Assembly (NCBI GenBank): GCA_951406725.2
Contig: OX597836.1
Location: forward strand, 18,910,001-18,974,000
Direction: 5' to 3'
Source of the DNA: Octopus vulgaris
Taxonomy: Eukaryota
Length of the DNA stretch: 64,000 bases
Shown: piece by piece, positions 13,299-27,130 of the stretch
Numbering within the stretch: position 1 is the stretch's first letter
How the letters are laid out: every line of letters starts with the position of its first letter
The notes under the pieces: generated by a model
Databases searched by the model: none
Seen by the model: the letters and a program-made list of their open reading frames with translations, nothing else
What the model was told of the DNA's origin: nothing
Program-made: the position numbers and the translations under genes

Positions 13299-13495
13299 GT
13301 TTCTTTATTGGCCACACAGGGCTGCACACAGATGGGACAAGTTACAAGGTAGAGCTTTTCTTTTGGGGGATGAAAAAAAAACAAAAAACAAAAGAGAAAA
13401 AAAAAAGGGTGGCGTAGGTTTTCGATCAAGAGGGATCGTAAAAGGGAAGAAAAGAACAAAAAATAATAATAAAAAGAAATAAAAAATAATAAAAA

Positions 13496-13554
<59 letters not shown>

Positions 13555-13555
13555 C

Positions 13556-13649
<94 letters not shown>
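13120..13649 (-). mobile_element. non-LTR 3' end fragment (about 13298-13455) embedded in (AGAT/AGAC)n
   Basis: Minus strand CTTGTCCCATCTGTGTGCAGCCCTGTGTGGCCAATAAAGAAAC followed by a (CTAT)n tail. Resembles the SINE A tail. Confidence 0.55.
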
Positions 13650-14180
13650 GTACTTGTGATATTGGAGGGTGAGCATGGTGAATAATCATGGAGCGAGGGT
13701 AGGCGAAGAGAGATTATTTCTGTCAGAGAAGTGTGCGGTTTGTTGATTGGTTAATTTTGGCCATACGTTGGCGGAATTAACTGTAGGAGATGTTGCATGT
13801 TAGGATGTGTATGTTTGTATGGAACTGGACGTATAAGAATGGAGATTGTGTGAGAGAGGCTGACGGCAGTGGTATTGATTCAGGCATTCATGACAGAACG
13901 CTGTAATTGTATGTCAATGTGGTGCTGTCACCGTAAAATGGTGTGATATCGATATAGTAAGGTGAAGGGGATAGTGACTTAACAGCAAAACGGAATGTCG
14001 ATTGTGTTAATGTTGGAAGGGAGCAAAAACAATTTTTAAGTGTTACAAAGTATTTATTTTGTGCTTTGTTAATTATCGTTCTTAATTATATCATTACCAC
14101 TGTTGCTGAGCGGTTGTTTTTGAAGAACTACCAAACAGCATTCAAATCAGACTTTAAATATGGCGATCGTATTTTTTAAA

Positions 14181-14941
14181 CCCTTTTGATACCAAACCGC
14201 CTGAGACTGCCTTTGTTGCTGCGATACAAACTTCCTGTTATAAAGTAATTTAAATTAAAACCCTCCATCAAAATTTCATGTTAATTTATGCTTCAAACAC
14301 CAGCTTAATAATTACAAAGTTATTTCCTTAAATTCCTCATTAATTTCAAAATTAAGTGAAACAAAGCCAAATGTGTTCCGTAACTGACCCGAGGTTGCCC
14401 CTAGTTCTATGATAAAATCTTGCTCTTTTAAAGTGATATCGATTTAAAATTTCTTCCATGAAAATTTCATTTTAATTTATGTCTCAAACATAAGCTTAGT
14501 AATAAAATTGTAAAGCGAGTAGCCACATCAAAGTGACAGATAAATATTACTACTAGTTTAACCACAGGCGGATTCTCCACCAGCTGGTTTTCGGTGTGGC
14601 TACCCGCTTTATCGTTTAGTATACGTTACTACACTATCTCTTCTTGAGATTTTCTAAATAACAAAATTATTTTACTAAATTCCTTATTTTCAAAGGTAAT
14701 TGAAAGAAAGCTAGTGTCGTATGACTATAACCTGACATTGACCCCGGATTCCATACATTTATACAAATATGCCAAATTTCTGTTTCAAAGTGTTATAAAT
14801 TAAAGCCTATAAAACATTCCAAACTACAGCTTAATAATGACATTTTTATTTTATGAATTTATTTGAAACAAAACTTATTTGAAACAAAACTTATTTGAAA
14901 CAAAAACATTGTATCTCAGCAGAAATATCGCAGCAAAGGGG
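14181..14941. mobile_element. piggyBac-like non-autonomous element with ~200 bp internal tandem units
   Basis: TTAA(A)|CCCTTTTG and CAAAGGGG|TTAA ends. The unit AAATTAAAA..AAAATTTCATGTTAATTTATG..AGCTTAATAAT recurs 3-4 times, once beyond the right end. Confidence 0.5.
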
Positions 14942-15137
14942 TTAAGGTTATTTAAATTAAAACATATCACAATTTCATGTTAATTTGCTAATCTCGTGTT
15001 AATAAAGACGAAATTACTTAACTAAATTCTTAGTTATTATCAAAACTGATAGAAACAAAAAAAATGTGAATTTCAACAAAAATATGGAAACGAAGGAGTT
15101 TAAAATGTCTCGATGCTTATTTTCTGTCTCTGTCTAT

Positions 15138-15185
<48 letters not shown>

Positions 15186-15205
15186 GTGTGTGTATGTGTG
15201 TATGT

Positions 15206-15239
<34 letters not shown>

Positions 15240-15325
15240 CTCTCTCTTGCTTGTTCTCTTCCTTTTTATTATTTAATTTTGTTTTATTTCATATTTCTTT
15301 TTGACATGGTTGCCGTTTGGAGCAG

Positions 15326-15739
15326 GATGACAAATGCACCTTGGACAAACCACAAGATGTGCAACGCCGTTACAGCCTGGTACCACCAACGTCTGCCGTT
15401 CCAGGCATCAGCTTGACAACCGAAGACAACAGCTGCGGAACCAGTCCCGACTACTCACGTCGACCAAGTGCCCATAGCTTGGGAACTTTTAATCTACCCG
15501 TAAGTGCTGCTTTTGATCGGTTAACCGGAGGCAGTTTGTATCGGCGCTCCAGCGCCCACAGCCTGGGGGTGCTGCCAATTGGCCTGAGCGGGCACACAGA
15601 GTGGGGTAGCAATTCCAGCCGACGTTCGAGCTCGCATAGTTTGGGTATGTACTCCCTGAGCTATTTCGGTGAAGATGGCTGGAGTAGACAAAGTTCTCGG
15701 AGGACAAGCGCCCATAGTCTTGGACCGGTGATCATGCCC
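15326..15739 (+). CDS. predicted exon D with four RR-x-S-[AS]-H-S-L-G repeats; alternative in-frame donors after 15499 and 15739
   Basis: GAGCAG| acceptor in phase 0 after a ~180 nt AG-free pyrimidine-rich zone. 138 open, GC-balanced codons (DDKCTLDKPQDVQRRYSLVPP..). Both donors are CCC|GTAAGT in phase 0. Confidence 0.75.
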
Positions 15740-16110
15740 GTAAGTTCATACAGAAATAATAGTCCAATGTGAAACAAAAAAAACACCCCTGCTGTGATTA
15801 CTGTGATCTCTGGATGTTGTCAATATCGGCACCCACCCGTGCGACTACCCGCCCACCACCCTTTTTCTCTTGACTTATACACGTTTGCCCTCGCAGCTAC
15901 AACGCCAAATCAATCAAAAGACAGACATACCACAACCTTTAATCGTAGTTTGCATACACATAGATGCACATACGCATACACACATTTAGAGAAACCTACA
16001 GACATATATACATTATATATATATATATATACACATATATGCATATATATAAAAAAAAACACACACACACACATATATGCACATGTTTGTATACAAATAT
16101 ATATGCATGA

Positions 16111-16148
<38 letters not shown>

Positions 16149-16220
16149 ATATATGTATGTGTGTGTTTATATACATATGTATATAACTATACATATATAC
16201 AAATATATATATACATAAAT

Positions 16221-16310
<90 letters not shown>

Positions 16311-16402
16311 TATATATATATATACACCTAACCATGATATAAATATGTATATATATACATTCACACAGGGACACACATATAAGCATTTGTAAATACATTC
16401 AG

Positions 16403-16434
<32 letters not shown>

Positions 16435-16564
16435 ACAGGTTTAATGAATTAAGCTGTCTATTTACACAGTCATGCAAACAGATATACAAATATATACAAT
16501 AAGGCTCATCCAAAGATACACCAACACAAATTATATAACATCTTAAAACATTGCACTTTCATAT

Positions 16565-16603
<39 letters not shown>

Positions 16604-16815
16604 AGCATACATATATATATATATATATGTACATATATGTGTATTGACAGACATGTCATATGCAGGCGCACACATATACATATGTAATTTACATAGATAC
16701 TCTTAAACATATAATGCCTGCACATCATCTCCAAACCTGAATATATATATATATATATGACATATACATGCATATGCAGACGCACACATATACATATATA
16801 TATATTACATATAGC

Positions 16816-16932
<117 letters not shown>

Positions 16933-17165
16933 GCATACATATATTTATATGTACACACATACACACGCATACACACGCATACACAAGCACACACAGAACG
17001 GCATTTTTAAAACCAAACAACAAAACAGACGTCAGCAATAAGAACAAGCATATTGTTTACCTTTCGCTATATTTGGTCGTGTGGTGTCTCTTGCCATAAG
17101 CATCTCGTGTTTCTCACCAAATTCCTTCCAATTTATATATATTTTGTGGCACAAAACATATTTAC

Positions 17166-17272
<107 letters not shown>

Positions 17273-17341
17273 TCTTCCATTGTATTTATATATTCTTGTA
17301 CGTACTTCCATTTACCTACGGGTGTATACATACATGTATAC

Positions 17342-17502
<161 letters not shown>

Positions 17503-17599
17503 GATATATAGGATGAATATATGTATATATGCGCATTACCGCTTGCTTATGGTTCATTGCGACCGTTCTTGGCAACTTTTACACATGTGTATGTATTCA

Positions 17600-17644
<45 letters not shown>

Positions 17645-18165
17645 ATACATTATATTTATGTACGTATATATGTGTATTTGTTATTGTTTATGATTGATAT
17701 CAATATATATCTATATATCGTGGTTGTTTGCAACTTATAGTTGTTTTAATAAATAGTGTTGTGGATGTTGTTTATTACTATGGATTGACTATTTCCATTG
17801 TTTATCATTCATATCATATTATTATTATTGTTTACCATTTTTGTTATTATTATTATTATCATTATTATTATTATTATTATTATTATGACTATCATAATTT
17901 TTAACGTTATTATTGAACATCATTGTTATTGTTTACCATTATCATGAATCACTAATTATTTTTAATTGACTATTTTCTTCTAACTATAATATTTACCTTT
18001 TTTTTCAGCTAACTGGAATCTTTTAATGGACAGAATTTTGCAACATTTTTTGTCTTTTATATGTAACATATAGTGACGCGATCTGTGTTTACAGATCGTG
18101 TCACTTTTCTTACAAATACAACTCCAAAATATACACACACACACACACGCACATATACATACATG

Positions 18166-18495
<330 letters not shown>

Positions 18496-18652
18496 AGAAT
18501 GGTCACATCTTTCAATCTGAATCATATAAAATGATAAAGGATTAAATATAATATTAAACATGAAAAATAATGATATATGTATAGATATAGTATACGCGTA
18601 CACATGCGTATACATTAATAAAATACACATACACTGGATCTCTTCCTGTCAG

Positions 18653-18753
18653 GTATCCCAGATGAACCGACTTCACGGCAGGAGGTGCAGATGAGGGCAG
18701 CTGCATTGAACTCTCTCATGCACCAAATGGCTGTTGCTAAAAAGCTTTCGTGA
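18653..18753 (+). CDS. candidate alternative terminal exon (phase 1): (G)IPDEPTSRQEVQMRAAALNSLMHQMAVAKKLS*
   Basis: TCTCTTCCTGTCAG acceptor and a protein-like open frame ending at TGA 18751-18753. Confidence 0.5.
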
Positions 18754-18871
18754 AGTAAAACCATGTAGCAACACCAAATGGCGGTGCCCCAGCATGGCCA
18801 CAGCTCATGAGCTGAAACTAGAATCAATCAATCAATCAATCAATACACACGTGTGTATATATGTCTGGGTG

Positions 18872-18873
<2 letters not shown>

Positions 18874-18962
<89 letters not shown>
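18874..18962. repeat. (TG)n microsatellite
   Basis: Direct reading. Confidence 0.95.
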
Positions 18963-18964
<2 letters not shown>

Positions 18965-19275
18965 TGTATATATATACTTTGGAGTTGTATTTCTGTATAA
19001 AGTTTTTTACGTGGATATGATTCTAACACATTTGCGCTGTGAGAGGATCTTTTCAGGTATTGGAAAATACACACAAAATCTTGTTACATTCACTTTTTCG
19101 TTTATTTGTGATCAGAAGAATCTATTATGAACGTGAATTGTGTCATTGGGAAGGTGACAGATGTGCGGTGAAAATTTCTGATACGCAATAATATTGAAAA
19201 ACAAATGAGTAATGAAAATATCTATTTTTTGTGTATTTTTAAGTAACTATAATATCCGTTCCACAACGGAATTCT

Positions 19276-19357
<82 letters not shown>

Positions 19358-19643
19358 GTGTGTGTGTGTATATATATATATGCATATATATATATATTTA
19401 TCTATTTATAGATATATATATAATTATATAATTATATATATATAGATATCTATAAGCGTATATATATATATATATACTTATATATAACGGAATTTTATTA
19501 TATATATATATATAAGTATATATACATATATACTTATATACATATATATATATATATATATAAGTTTATATATAGATATCTATAAGCGTATATATATAAG
19601 TATATTCTCATTTACACACACACACATATATATATATATTTAA

Positions 19644-19781
<138 letters not shown>

Positions 19782-19795
19782 GTATATATATTTAA

Positions 19796-19846
<51 letters not shown>

Positions 19847-20354
19847 ATTGGTTATCGTCCCGATAAATGCCGGATAGCATGTCACAGTAGTACGTTAGGT
19901 AGCTGGCTTATTCTTCGGCTTAGAACATCTTTCATCATCACCGCCATCACCATTACTACTATCAGTATCACCACCACCACCACCACCACGATAAACCCAC
20001 TACTATCCTCATCTTCACTATTATTACACCCATCACTATCAGAGCCACTTTCGCTAACACCATACTTTACCACCGCCTCTATCCCACCACAACTAGCAAC
20101 CATGTTACCTTCACCGTCATCACCATCAACAATGCCACCACCCTCACCACTGCCACGCCCGCCGCCACCGCGATCAGCACTAAAATCAATTCCAAAATCC
20201 TCTCTCACTCTTTATCTCTCAGTCTATATATATGTATATTTGTATATATTTATGTGTATATACACACTATACACACGCACACATATATTGGATGGTTAAC
20301 TGTCTATATATATATGTGCGTGTGTGTGTGTGTATGTGTGTGTGTCTGTATGTG

Positions 20355-20410
<56 letters not shown>

Positions 20411-20415
<5 letters not shown>

Positions 20416-20915
20416 ATATTCACTAAAAGGAACTTTAATCGTCCAAAAAGTGCCAATCGAGAATTCTTTATACTGACGTCAGTTTCGGCAATTTCCGTTT
20501 GCCTCTTCAGTAAGAACTGACTTGAACCTCGGCTATATCCGGACTCGCTTTTCTATTACTACATATGTTTGCATCATAAAATTAATATAAACAGCAGTGT
20601 GCGATGTTTCACCAAAAAAAGGTAGCAAGGTAGGTGACTTCTAACACCCTAGTCACATTTAGTGACAATTATAATTCTTCTCTCTGGTGAAACATTGCAA
20701 CCTGCTGTTTATATTAATTTTATTTATACACATTAGCGACTCGCCAAATCATCCATAGATTTCTATGATGAAAACATATATACTAAATAGAGAAGCGAGT
20801 CCGGAAAGAGCCGAAGTTCGAGCTAGCCCTTACTGAAGAGGCAAACAGAAATTGCCGAAACTGACGATCGGTACTTTCGGGACGATTAAGGTCCCTGTTA
20901 GGGTATATGTTTACA
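20411..20915. mobile_element. nested fold-back PLE-like element; outer arms ~20411-20560/20790-20915, inner hairpin 20577-20725
   Basis: Arms are reverse complements, e.g. GTCAGTTTCGGCAATTTCCGTTTGCCTCTTCAGTAAG versus CTTACTGAAGAGGCAAACAGAAATTGCCGAAACTGAC. Confidence 0.85.
20467..20514 (-). ncRNA. minimal type I hammerhead ribozyme motif
   Basis: UUA-CUGAAGA-GGCAA(ACGGAAA)UUGCC-GAA-ACUGACGUCAGU-A|-UAA: full core, perfect stem II, 12-nt palindromic stem III, GUA cleavage triplet, 3-bp stem I. Confidence 0.75.
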
Positions 20916-21015
20916 TATATGTGCATTGACTACATCATTAGAGCATTTTAGCTCTTATTTCTAGCAATGTAGTCCTTTTTGGTAAAACATTGCAAACTAT
21001 TCTTTATATTAATTT

Positions 21016-21068
<53 letters not shown>

Positions 21069-21099
21069 ATATATATATATATATATATATGTATATAAA

Positions 21100-21134
<35 letters not shown>

Positions 21135-21139
<5 letters not shown>

Positions 21140-21560
21140 AAGAGGATTTGAAAATGCAGAGGTCTTTTAAAGATGTCTAATGACTTGGCCGCTTTCACTT
21201 TTTACAAACAAAATATTTTCAAAAGTAAAATTCAAGGCTCAGTGTAACTTTTGTGATGTTAAATATTAATTAACATAGATGTATTAAAATACAGTGATAG
21301 AGTCTTTGATAATGATAAGAAAATGTTAAGATAGGCTTTGTGTTTAAACAGTTTCCGTAAAAGTGTTCAAAATAGGCAGTAAAATAAGTTCTTTATTGTT
21401 TATAAGTTCATCAGAAATTATAATTTTTTATAAGCATTTGTAGACAATATTGGATAGGAGAAAACGTGTATTGCTTTGTCAAAAGTTCATCAGAAATAAT
21501 TGTTTATAATGGTTACAGAGGAATGACCAATGACCAACCTCTCTTCTTCTTCTCCAGTCT

Positions 21561-21625
<65 letters not shown>

Positions 21626-21810
21626 CTTGTCATTGTCAAATACTCTATCACTGTATTCTAATACATTTATGTTAATTGATTTTTAACACCACAAAGGCTA
21701 CACAAAGCCTTGCGCTTTACCTTTCAAAATCTTATTTTTTTAAAGTGAAACCGATCAAGTCAATAAACATCTTTAAAAAACCTCTGTATTTTTATATCCA
21801 CTTCCCTATA
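21135..21810. repeat. diverged fold-back element, ~190 bp arms (21135-21330/21615-21810)
   Basis: AAAATACAGTGATAGAGTCTTTGATAATGATAAGAAAATGTT versus AACATTTTCTTGTCATTGTCAAATACTCTATCACTGTATT, continuing to TATAGGGAAG/CTTCCCTATA. Confidence 0.8.
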
Positions 21811-21852
21811 TATTTTCACTCGTGCGGTACCTTCCAATATTTTTTGTTTTTC

Positions 21853-21926
<74 letters not shown>

Positions 21927-22207
21927 AGTGTATTTCTTGGTTTCCAATCGCTCGACTCTTTATTTCTTCTAACTTACTCCTTTCTCTTCCTTCCCTTTCT
22001 TGTCTCTTGATCTCTTTCTGCTGTGAAGAAAGAAAAACGGTTCAGAAACTCATTCATACAATCCTACTTGAACTCAGCTGCTGCACTTACACACACACTC
22101 ATTCACTGCTCACTCACACTCACACAAGAACTTACAAATCTTTCTCAACAGAAACATCCGCAATCACAACAACTTTTCTGTTGATCATAAATATCGTCAT
22201 AAATACG

Positions 22208-22256
<49 letters not shown>

Positions 22257-22258
<2 letters not shown>

Positions 22259-22414
22259 GACGGGCTTCCACACAGTTTCCGCCTACAAAATTCACTCACA
22301 GGGCATTGGTCGACCCAGAGCTATAGTGGAAGACACTTGCCCAAAGTGTCGCGCAATGAGACTGAACTCGAAGCATTTCGTCGGAAAGCGAGCTTGCTAG
22401 CCACACAGCCACAG
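22257..22414 (-). mobile_element. SINE family B 5' half
   Basis: ACGACGGGCTTCC..GAAGACACTTGCCCAAAG..CCACACAGCCAC. Confidence 0.8.
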
Positions 22415-22442
22415 TGATCGAATATATATATTTATATATATA

Positions 22443-22519
<77 letters not shown>

Positions 22520-22525
<6 letters not shown>

Positions 22526-22722
22526 AGAATTCACGAAAAAATCAAAAGACGAAGACAGGTGGTGTACAAATGAAAAACAGATGTATTAGTATAACGCTCA
22601 GGAATAGAAAAAGTCTTTTACGTTTCGAGCCTACGCTTTTCTACAGAAAGGGACACAGAAAAGACATAGAGAGAAACAAGGAGAGAGAAAAATGTGTGTA
22701 GTGGCTACCGATCGGTCATGGC

Positions 22723-22725
<3 letters not shown>
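22520..22725 (-). mobile_element. TA-embedded PLE pLTR-like fragment with variant hammerhead-like motif
   Basis: Minus strand TTT CTGTAGA AAAGC GTAG GCTC GAAAC GTA AAA, flanked on both sides by (TA)n. Confidence 0.55.
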
Positions 22726-22786
<61 letters not shown>

Positions 22787-22818
22787 GCTCACTATGGCTG
22801 TGTATAGAATACAATTAT

Positions 22819-23041
22819 AACAAGAGCACTCAGAGAGCGCAAACCTCTGCCGAGGCAACACCAACGACCTCTCGACGATTAGCTAGAGAGGATTTTTAAA
22901 ATTAGAATATCTGAAATAAACTCGACTGCTGTCATAAACGAGAATGCTAAAAATGAACCCGACTGCTCTCAAAAATAAAATAAAAAAAAGAAAAGCCGGA
23001 AAAATAATCGAGAATCCTTGTCCGGTACCTGATCGATCCCA
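22819..23041 (+). mobile_element. Helentron-associated (HINE/DINE-like) non-autonomous element, left part
   Basis: AACAAGAGCACTCAGAGAGCGCAAACCTCTGCCGAGGC start. It shares AAATAATC.AGAAT.CTTG.CCGGTACC.GATCGA with 23985-24177. Confidence 0.5.
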
Positions 23042-23334
23042 ATGATAGCCAAGAAATTTGAAGATGGCTGTAGAAAATTTAGTAACAGTAATAAATAGAT
23101 TATCCGTATATAATACAAGCCAAAGTTAACACATTCACTATTCAAAATAGTTTCAAAGGCGGAGGTGATAATAATTTCTACGCAGGAATTTTTAAATGAA
23201 TAGCATACAACCTTTAGCTTTTCTCTTATTTAAATTCCATCCTTCTTTTAGTATTCCTGTTGTTTTAGATCGATGTATAGGTGTATGTATATATGTAAGT
23301 ATATTGTAAAGTGTTAATATGTATGAATAATATA

Positions 23335-23540
23335 CTCTTACTCTTACTCTTACTTGTTTCAGTCATTTGACTGCGGCCATGCTGGAGCGCCGCCTTTAGT
23401 CCGGCAAATCGACCCCCCCGGGACTTATTCTTTGTAAGCCCAGTACTTATTCTATCGTCTCTTTTGCCGAACCGCTAAGTGACGGGGACGTAAACACACC
23501 AGCATCAGTTGTCAAGCAATGCTAGGGGGGACAAACACAG

Positions 23541-23592
<52 letters not shown>

Positions 23593-23754
23593 GACAGGCT
23601 TCTTTCAGTTTCCGTCTACCAAATTCACTCACAAGGCATTGGTCGGCCCGGGGCTATAGCAGAAGACACTTGCCCAAGATGCCACGCAGTGGGACTGAAC
23701 CCGGAACCATGTGGTTGGTTAGCAAGCTACTTACCACACAGCCACTCCTGCGCC
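23335..23754 (-). mobile_element. SINE family B, full length
   Basis: Complete from the head GGCGCAGGAGTGGCTGTGTGG to the (GAGTAA)n tail. Confidence 0.92.
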
Positions 23755-23984
23755 TAAGATAATATTATAATATATATTATAAAAATATCTTAGTGTTATT
23801 TAATTTCTGAATGGTTTTGCTGCTGTTTGATTTTTTTTATCCATCAGTTTCTACTAAGATGGAGACACGATTAAAAATTTATAATAGAGAAACGAAAATA
23901 GAACTTTGGAAACGGCCTAAGGGGAGATAATTGAGAAAGACTTGAAAGTGAACATACGATCGTAATCATGTAACGTAAATACAA

Positions 23985-24177
23985 CAAATAATCCAGAATT
24001 CTTGACCGGTACCGGATCGACCCGAAGATCTAATCAGTTCGTGCCAGTCACGTGGCCAAACAGCCCTGAAATTTTCATCCGAATCCACCCAGTGGTTCTT
24101 GAGATGTCCACTGACAAGCAAAGAAACAAACAAACACGACTGAAGACAATAACTCCGCCTTCGCTTAGGCAGAGGTA
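23985..24177 (+). mobile_element. HINE-like element, right part
   Basis: AAATTTTCATCCGAATCC, (AAAC)n, and a terminal hairpin ATAACTCCGCCT..AGGCAGAGGTA. Confidence 0.5.
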
Positions 24178-24317
24178 TTTAAGGGTACAGAAGCTACCGT
24201 GCCTATATGCTGAAAATAGACGCCATATACGTCCAGCCACTCTGAATCATCACCTTATAATATACACACGTAGAAATCGGGAAAAGTGTTTTAAACCTTT
24301 AATAAAGTATGTATGTA

Positions 24318-24369
<52 letters not shown>

Positions 24370-24501
24370 TACATATGCATATATATATAATCATATCAAA
24401 GGGAAATGGAATTTAATTAAGATTAAAAATATTTAATCAAAATTTACATTTCCAGTGGTCTAACGTGTAAAAAAAATTAGTCAAAAAGACTATATATTAG
24501 T

Positions 24502-24754
24502 CATACGATATAGTGTATATTTAAACATATAAGGAATCCACTTATAGGGATTCTACACGCTAGAAAGAACAGCTAGGTTCTATAACCACAAACATTGGGC
24601 ATAAAATTCGATAGGAATAAATTTGGAAATGAAAAAACATTATTCCTGTCGAATTTTATCCCCAATTTTTGTGGTTATAGAACCTACCTATTCTTTCTAG
24701 CGTGTAGAATCCCTATAAGCTGATTCCTTATGTGTTTGAATATACACTATATCG

Positions 24755-24758
<4 letters not shown>
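24502..24758. repeat. fold-back element, ~115 bp arms, in (TA)n
   Basis: CATACGATATAGTGTATATT..GGGATTCTACACGCTAGAAAGAA versus TTCTTTCTAGCGTGTAGAATCCC..AATATACACTATATCGTATG. Confidence 0.9.
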
Positions 24759-24817
<59 letters not shown>

Positions 24818-24821
<4 letters not shown>

Positions 24822-25212
24822 CACAAAACCACTACTAGGCAAATCATACTATGAAAAACTTAAGCCAATACATAAGATTATTTGATTTATATTATTTGAA
24901 TATATAATAAACCTCGCCAAGATAAATATTTAAACCACCTGATGAATGACTGTGACTTGAAAATTTAAAGAAATTAACAGCCATGAAACGATCGTAGTGA
25001 TATATTAATTATATTTTTTTAATAATTTTGTTATATATTTAAATAATATTAATTAAATAATCTTATGTATTGGCCTAAGTTTTTCATTGTATGATTTGCC
25101 TAATAGTGGTTTTGTCTCTAATTTAATATAATATAATATTTTACTATAAAATTGGATTCAATCCTAAATCTGATTTTTCCCTGTAAGTTTGGATTTATTT
25201 CCAAATATTTAT
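24818..25212 (+). mobile_element. fold-back family X element with hammerhead in loop, flanked by (TA)n
   Basis: ACAAAACCACTACTAGGCAAATCATAC and GTATGATTTGCCTAATAGTGGTTTTGT arms, with a unique end CCCTGTAAGTTTGGATTTATT. Confidence 0.85.
24935..24999 (+). ncRNA. minimal type I hammerhead ribozyme motif
   Basis: CAC-CUGAUGA-AUGACUG..CAGCCAU-GAA-ACGAUCGU-A|-GUG: intact core, stem II with one mismatch, palindromic stem III. Cleavage predicted after 24996. Confidence 0.75.
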
Positions 25213-25282
<70 letters not shown>

Positions 25283-25373
25283 AATAAAACATTTATCAGA
25301 AAAGAAGCACACTCAAAAGAATAGAGCAGTAATTCAGTCATTTGTTCGTTGAGTGCACAGAGAATCTCTCCAG

Positions 25374-25457
25374 GCAACTGATATTGAGAGAAATCGGCTG
25401 AAGTACTTAGACCCTCGTTTAACAACATATGTAGATACGTGTGCGCGCAAAGGCTAA
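25374..25457 (+). CDS. candidate phase-0 alternative terminal (or cassette) exon: ATDIERNRLKYLDPRLTTYVDTCARKG*
   Basis: TCTCTCCAG acceptor, open frame matching the exon D donors, inside a unique-sequence island. The polypyrimidine tract is short. Confidence 0.3.
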   Translation, partial: ATDIERNRLKYLDPRLTTYVDTCARKG

Positions 25458-26529
25458 CAGATTCAAGTAGCCTACCGCAATTCACTGCACTGTAAATGCG
25501 AATTCAACATAACTTTTCCTTCAGCGATCCAGTGACACCTGACAGGTAAAAACAGCTGATAGTGTCACAACATTGAGCTTGAGCACTAATTGCGGGAAAT
25601 TTACACACGTCACCAACCTTCCGTCGCTACCGCCACCTTCTTCACATCTTCAGCTAACAAAAATATACTTGTTTTATTACCCTGTCTTCCTCTCTCTCTT
25701 CTCTCTACATTCTCTGTGTTTCTCTTTTGTCTCTGTCCTACTTTCTTTTTTCTTTCTCTTCATCATTCAATCCATCTCTGACATATCTCCACCCATTCTC
25801 TCGCGAACTCTTTCTCTTTCTTTAGTCTCTCTCTCTCTCTCTCTCTCTCTTTCTCCTTCTCCCTGTTTCTCTCTGCTTAATTCTCTCTCTCTCTCTCTCT
25901 TCTCTCCCTCCCACCTGTTCCTCCCACTCTCTTACAGCGCATGTCATTCAACTATATCACTTATAGTTTAGTCTTGTAGTGATGTAGAGACTTAGAACTT
26001 TGCCAATTTTATTTTTCATGCGAAAAAAAAACCATTTCACCCTTACTGCTGTTGCATGTTCTTTTTTCAGCTATAATTAATCATAAATCATCATAATTAC
26101 TTTAATTATTTTAATTAATATGAATTACTACTGATAATTCATATTATCATTAACATTTCTATTATATTTACGTTTTCATTTGCAGGTCAATAGGTTTCAT
26201 TTTTTTTTTATTATTTATATTTTGTTCACATTCCTCCAGGATCGATGTTGCCATTTTTTATCTTTCATTCTTTAGAAGCGATCGGTGAAAAAAATAAGGT
26301 ACCAGTTATTTAGTGGGTTCGTTATAATTCACTGTTACCAACCAGTGTATATGCAATGTGAGTTGCGAGTAGTTTACTTCATGAGGTATGTGCTGTATAA
26401 GTTGCGGGTGGTTATTCTATGTGATGAGTACAAACAGTGTATGGTTTGAGCAGTACAGCTGAATTCCAAAGCTGTGAGAATGTAGGTTCTGCCTTGCAAA
26501 GCTATCTTTTGGATTAAATATATAAGTAG

Positions 26530-26945
26530 GGCGGCGAGCTGGCAGAAACGTTAGCACGCCGGGCGAAATATGTAGCCGTATTTTGTCCGCCGTTACGTTC
26601 TGAGTTCAAATTCCGCCGAGGTCGACTTTGCCTTTCATTCTTTCGGGGTCGATAAATTAAGTACCAGTTACGCACTGGGGTCGATGTAATCGACTTAATC
26701 CGTTTGTCTCTCCTTGTTTGTCCTCTCTGTGTTTAGCCCCTTGTGGGTAATAAAGAAATAGGTATTTCGTCTGCCGTTACGTTCTGAGTTCAAATTCCGC
26801 CGAGGTCGACTTTGCCTTTCATCCTTTCAGGGTCGATAAATATAGTACCAGTTTCGCACTGGGGTCATTGTAATCGACTTAATCTATTTGTCTATCCTTC
26901 TTTGTCCTCTCTGTGTTTAGGCCCTTGTGGTTAGTAAAGAGATAG
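26530..26945 (+). mobile_element. SINE family A, dimeric
   Basis: Full head plus duplicated body. Confidence 0.92.
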
Positions 26946-27130
26946 ATATTCTTACATATTTTTGCCTAAAGTGAGATTTTTTTCTTCACGGTAAACTGCA
27001 GTGAAAAAGCCTTTTCAAGTTGAAATATGTCCTAAACATATTTGAACTGACCTAAAGTTTGTCTTTTGAAGTGCAGTGTGCCCCGGAATGATTTGTTTTG
27101 TTAATATTGTTTGTCCATACTTACTACTCC

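Noticed and set aside
25525-25545. 21-nt microexon (TTTTCCTTCAG|..CAG|GTAAAA)
   Set aside because: It is open only in phase 2 and has stops in the two phases used by neighbouring exons. It could be a poison exon, but nothing supports that.
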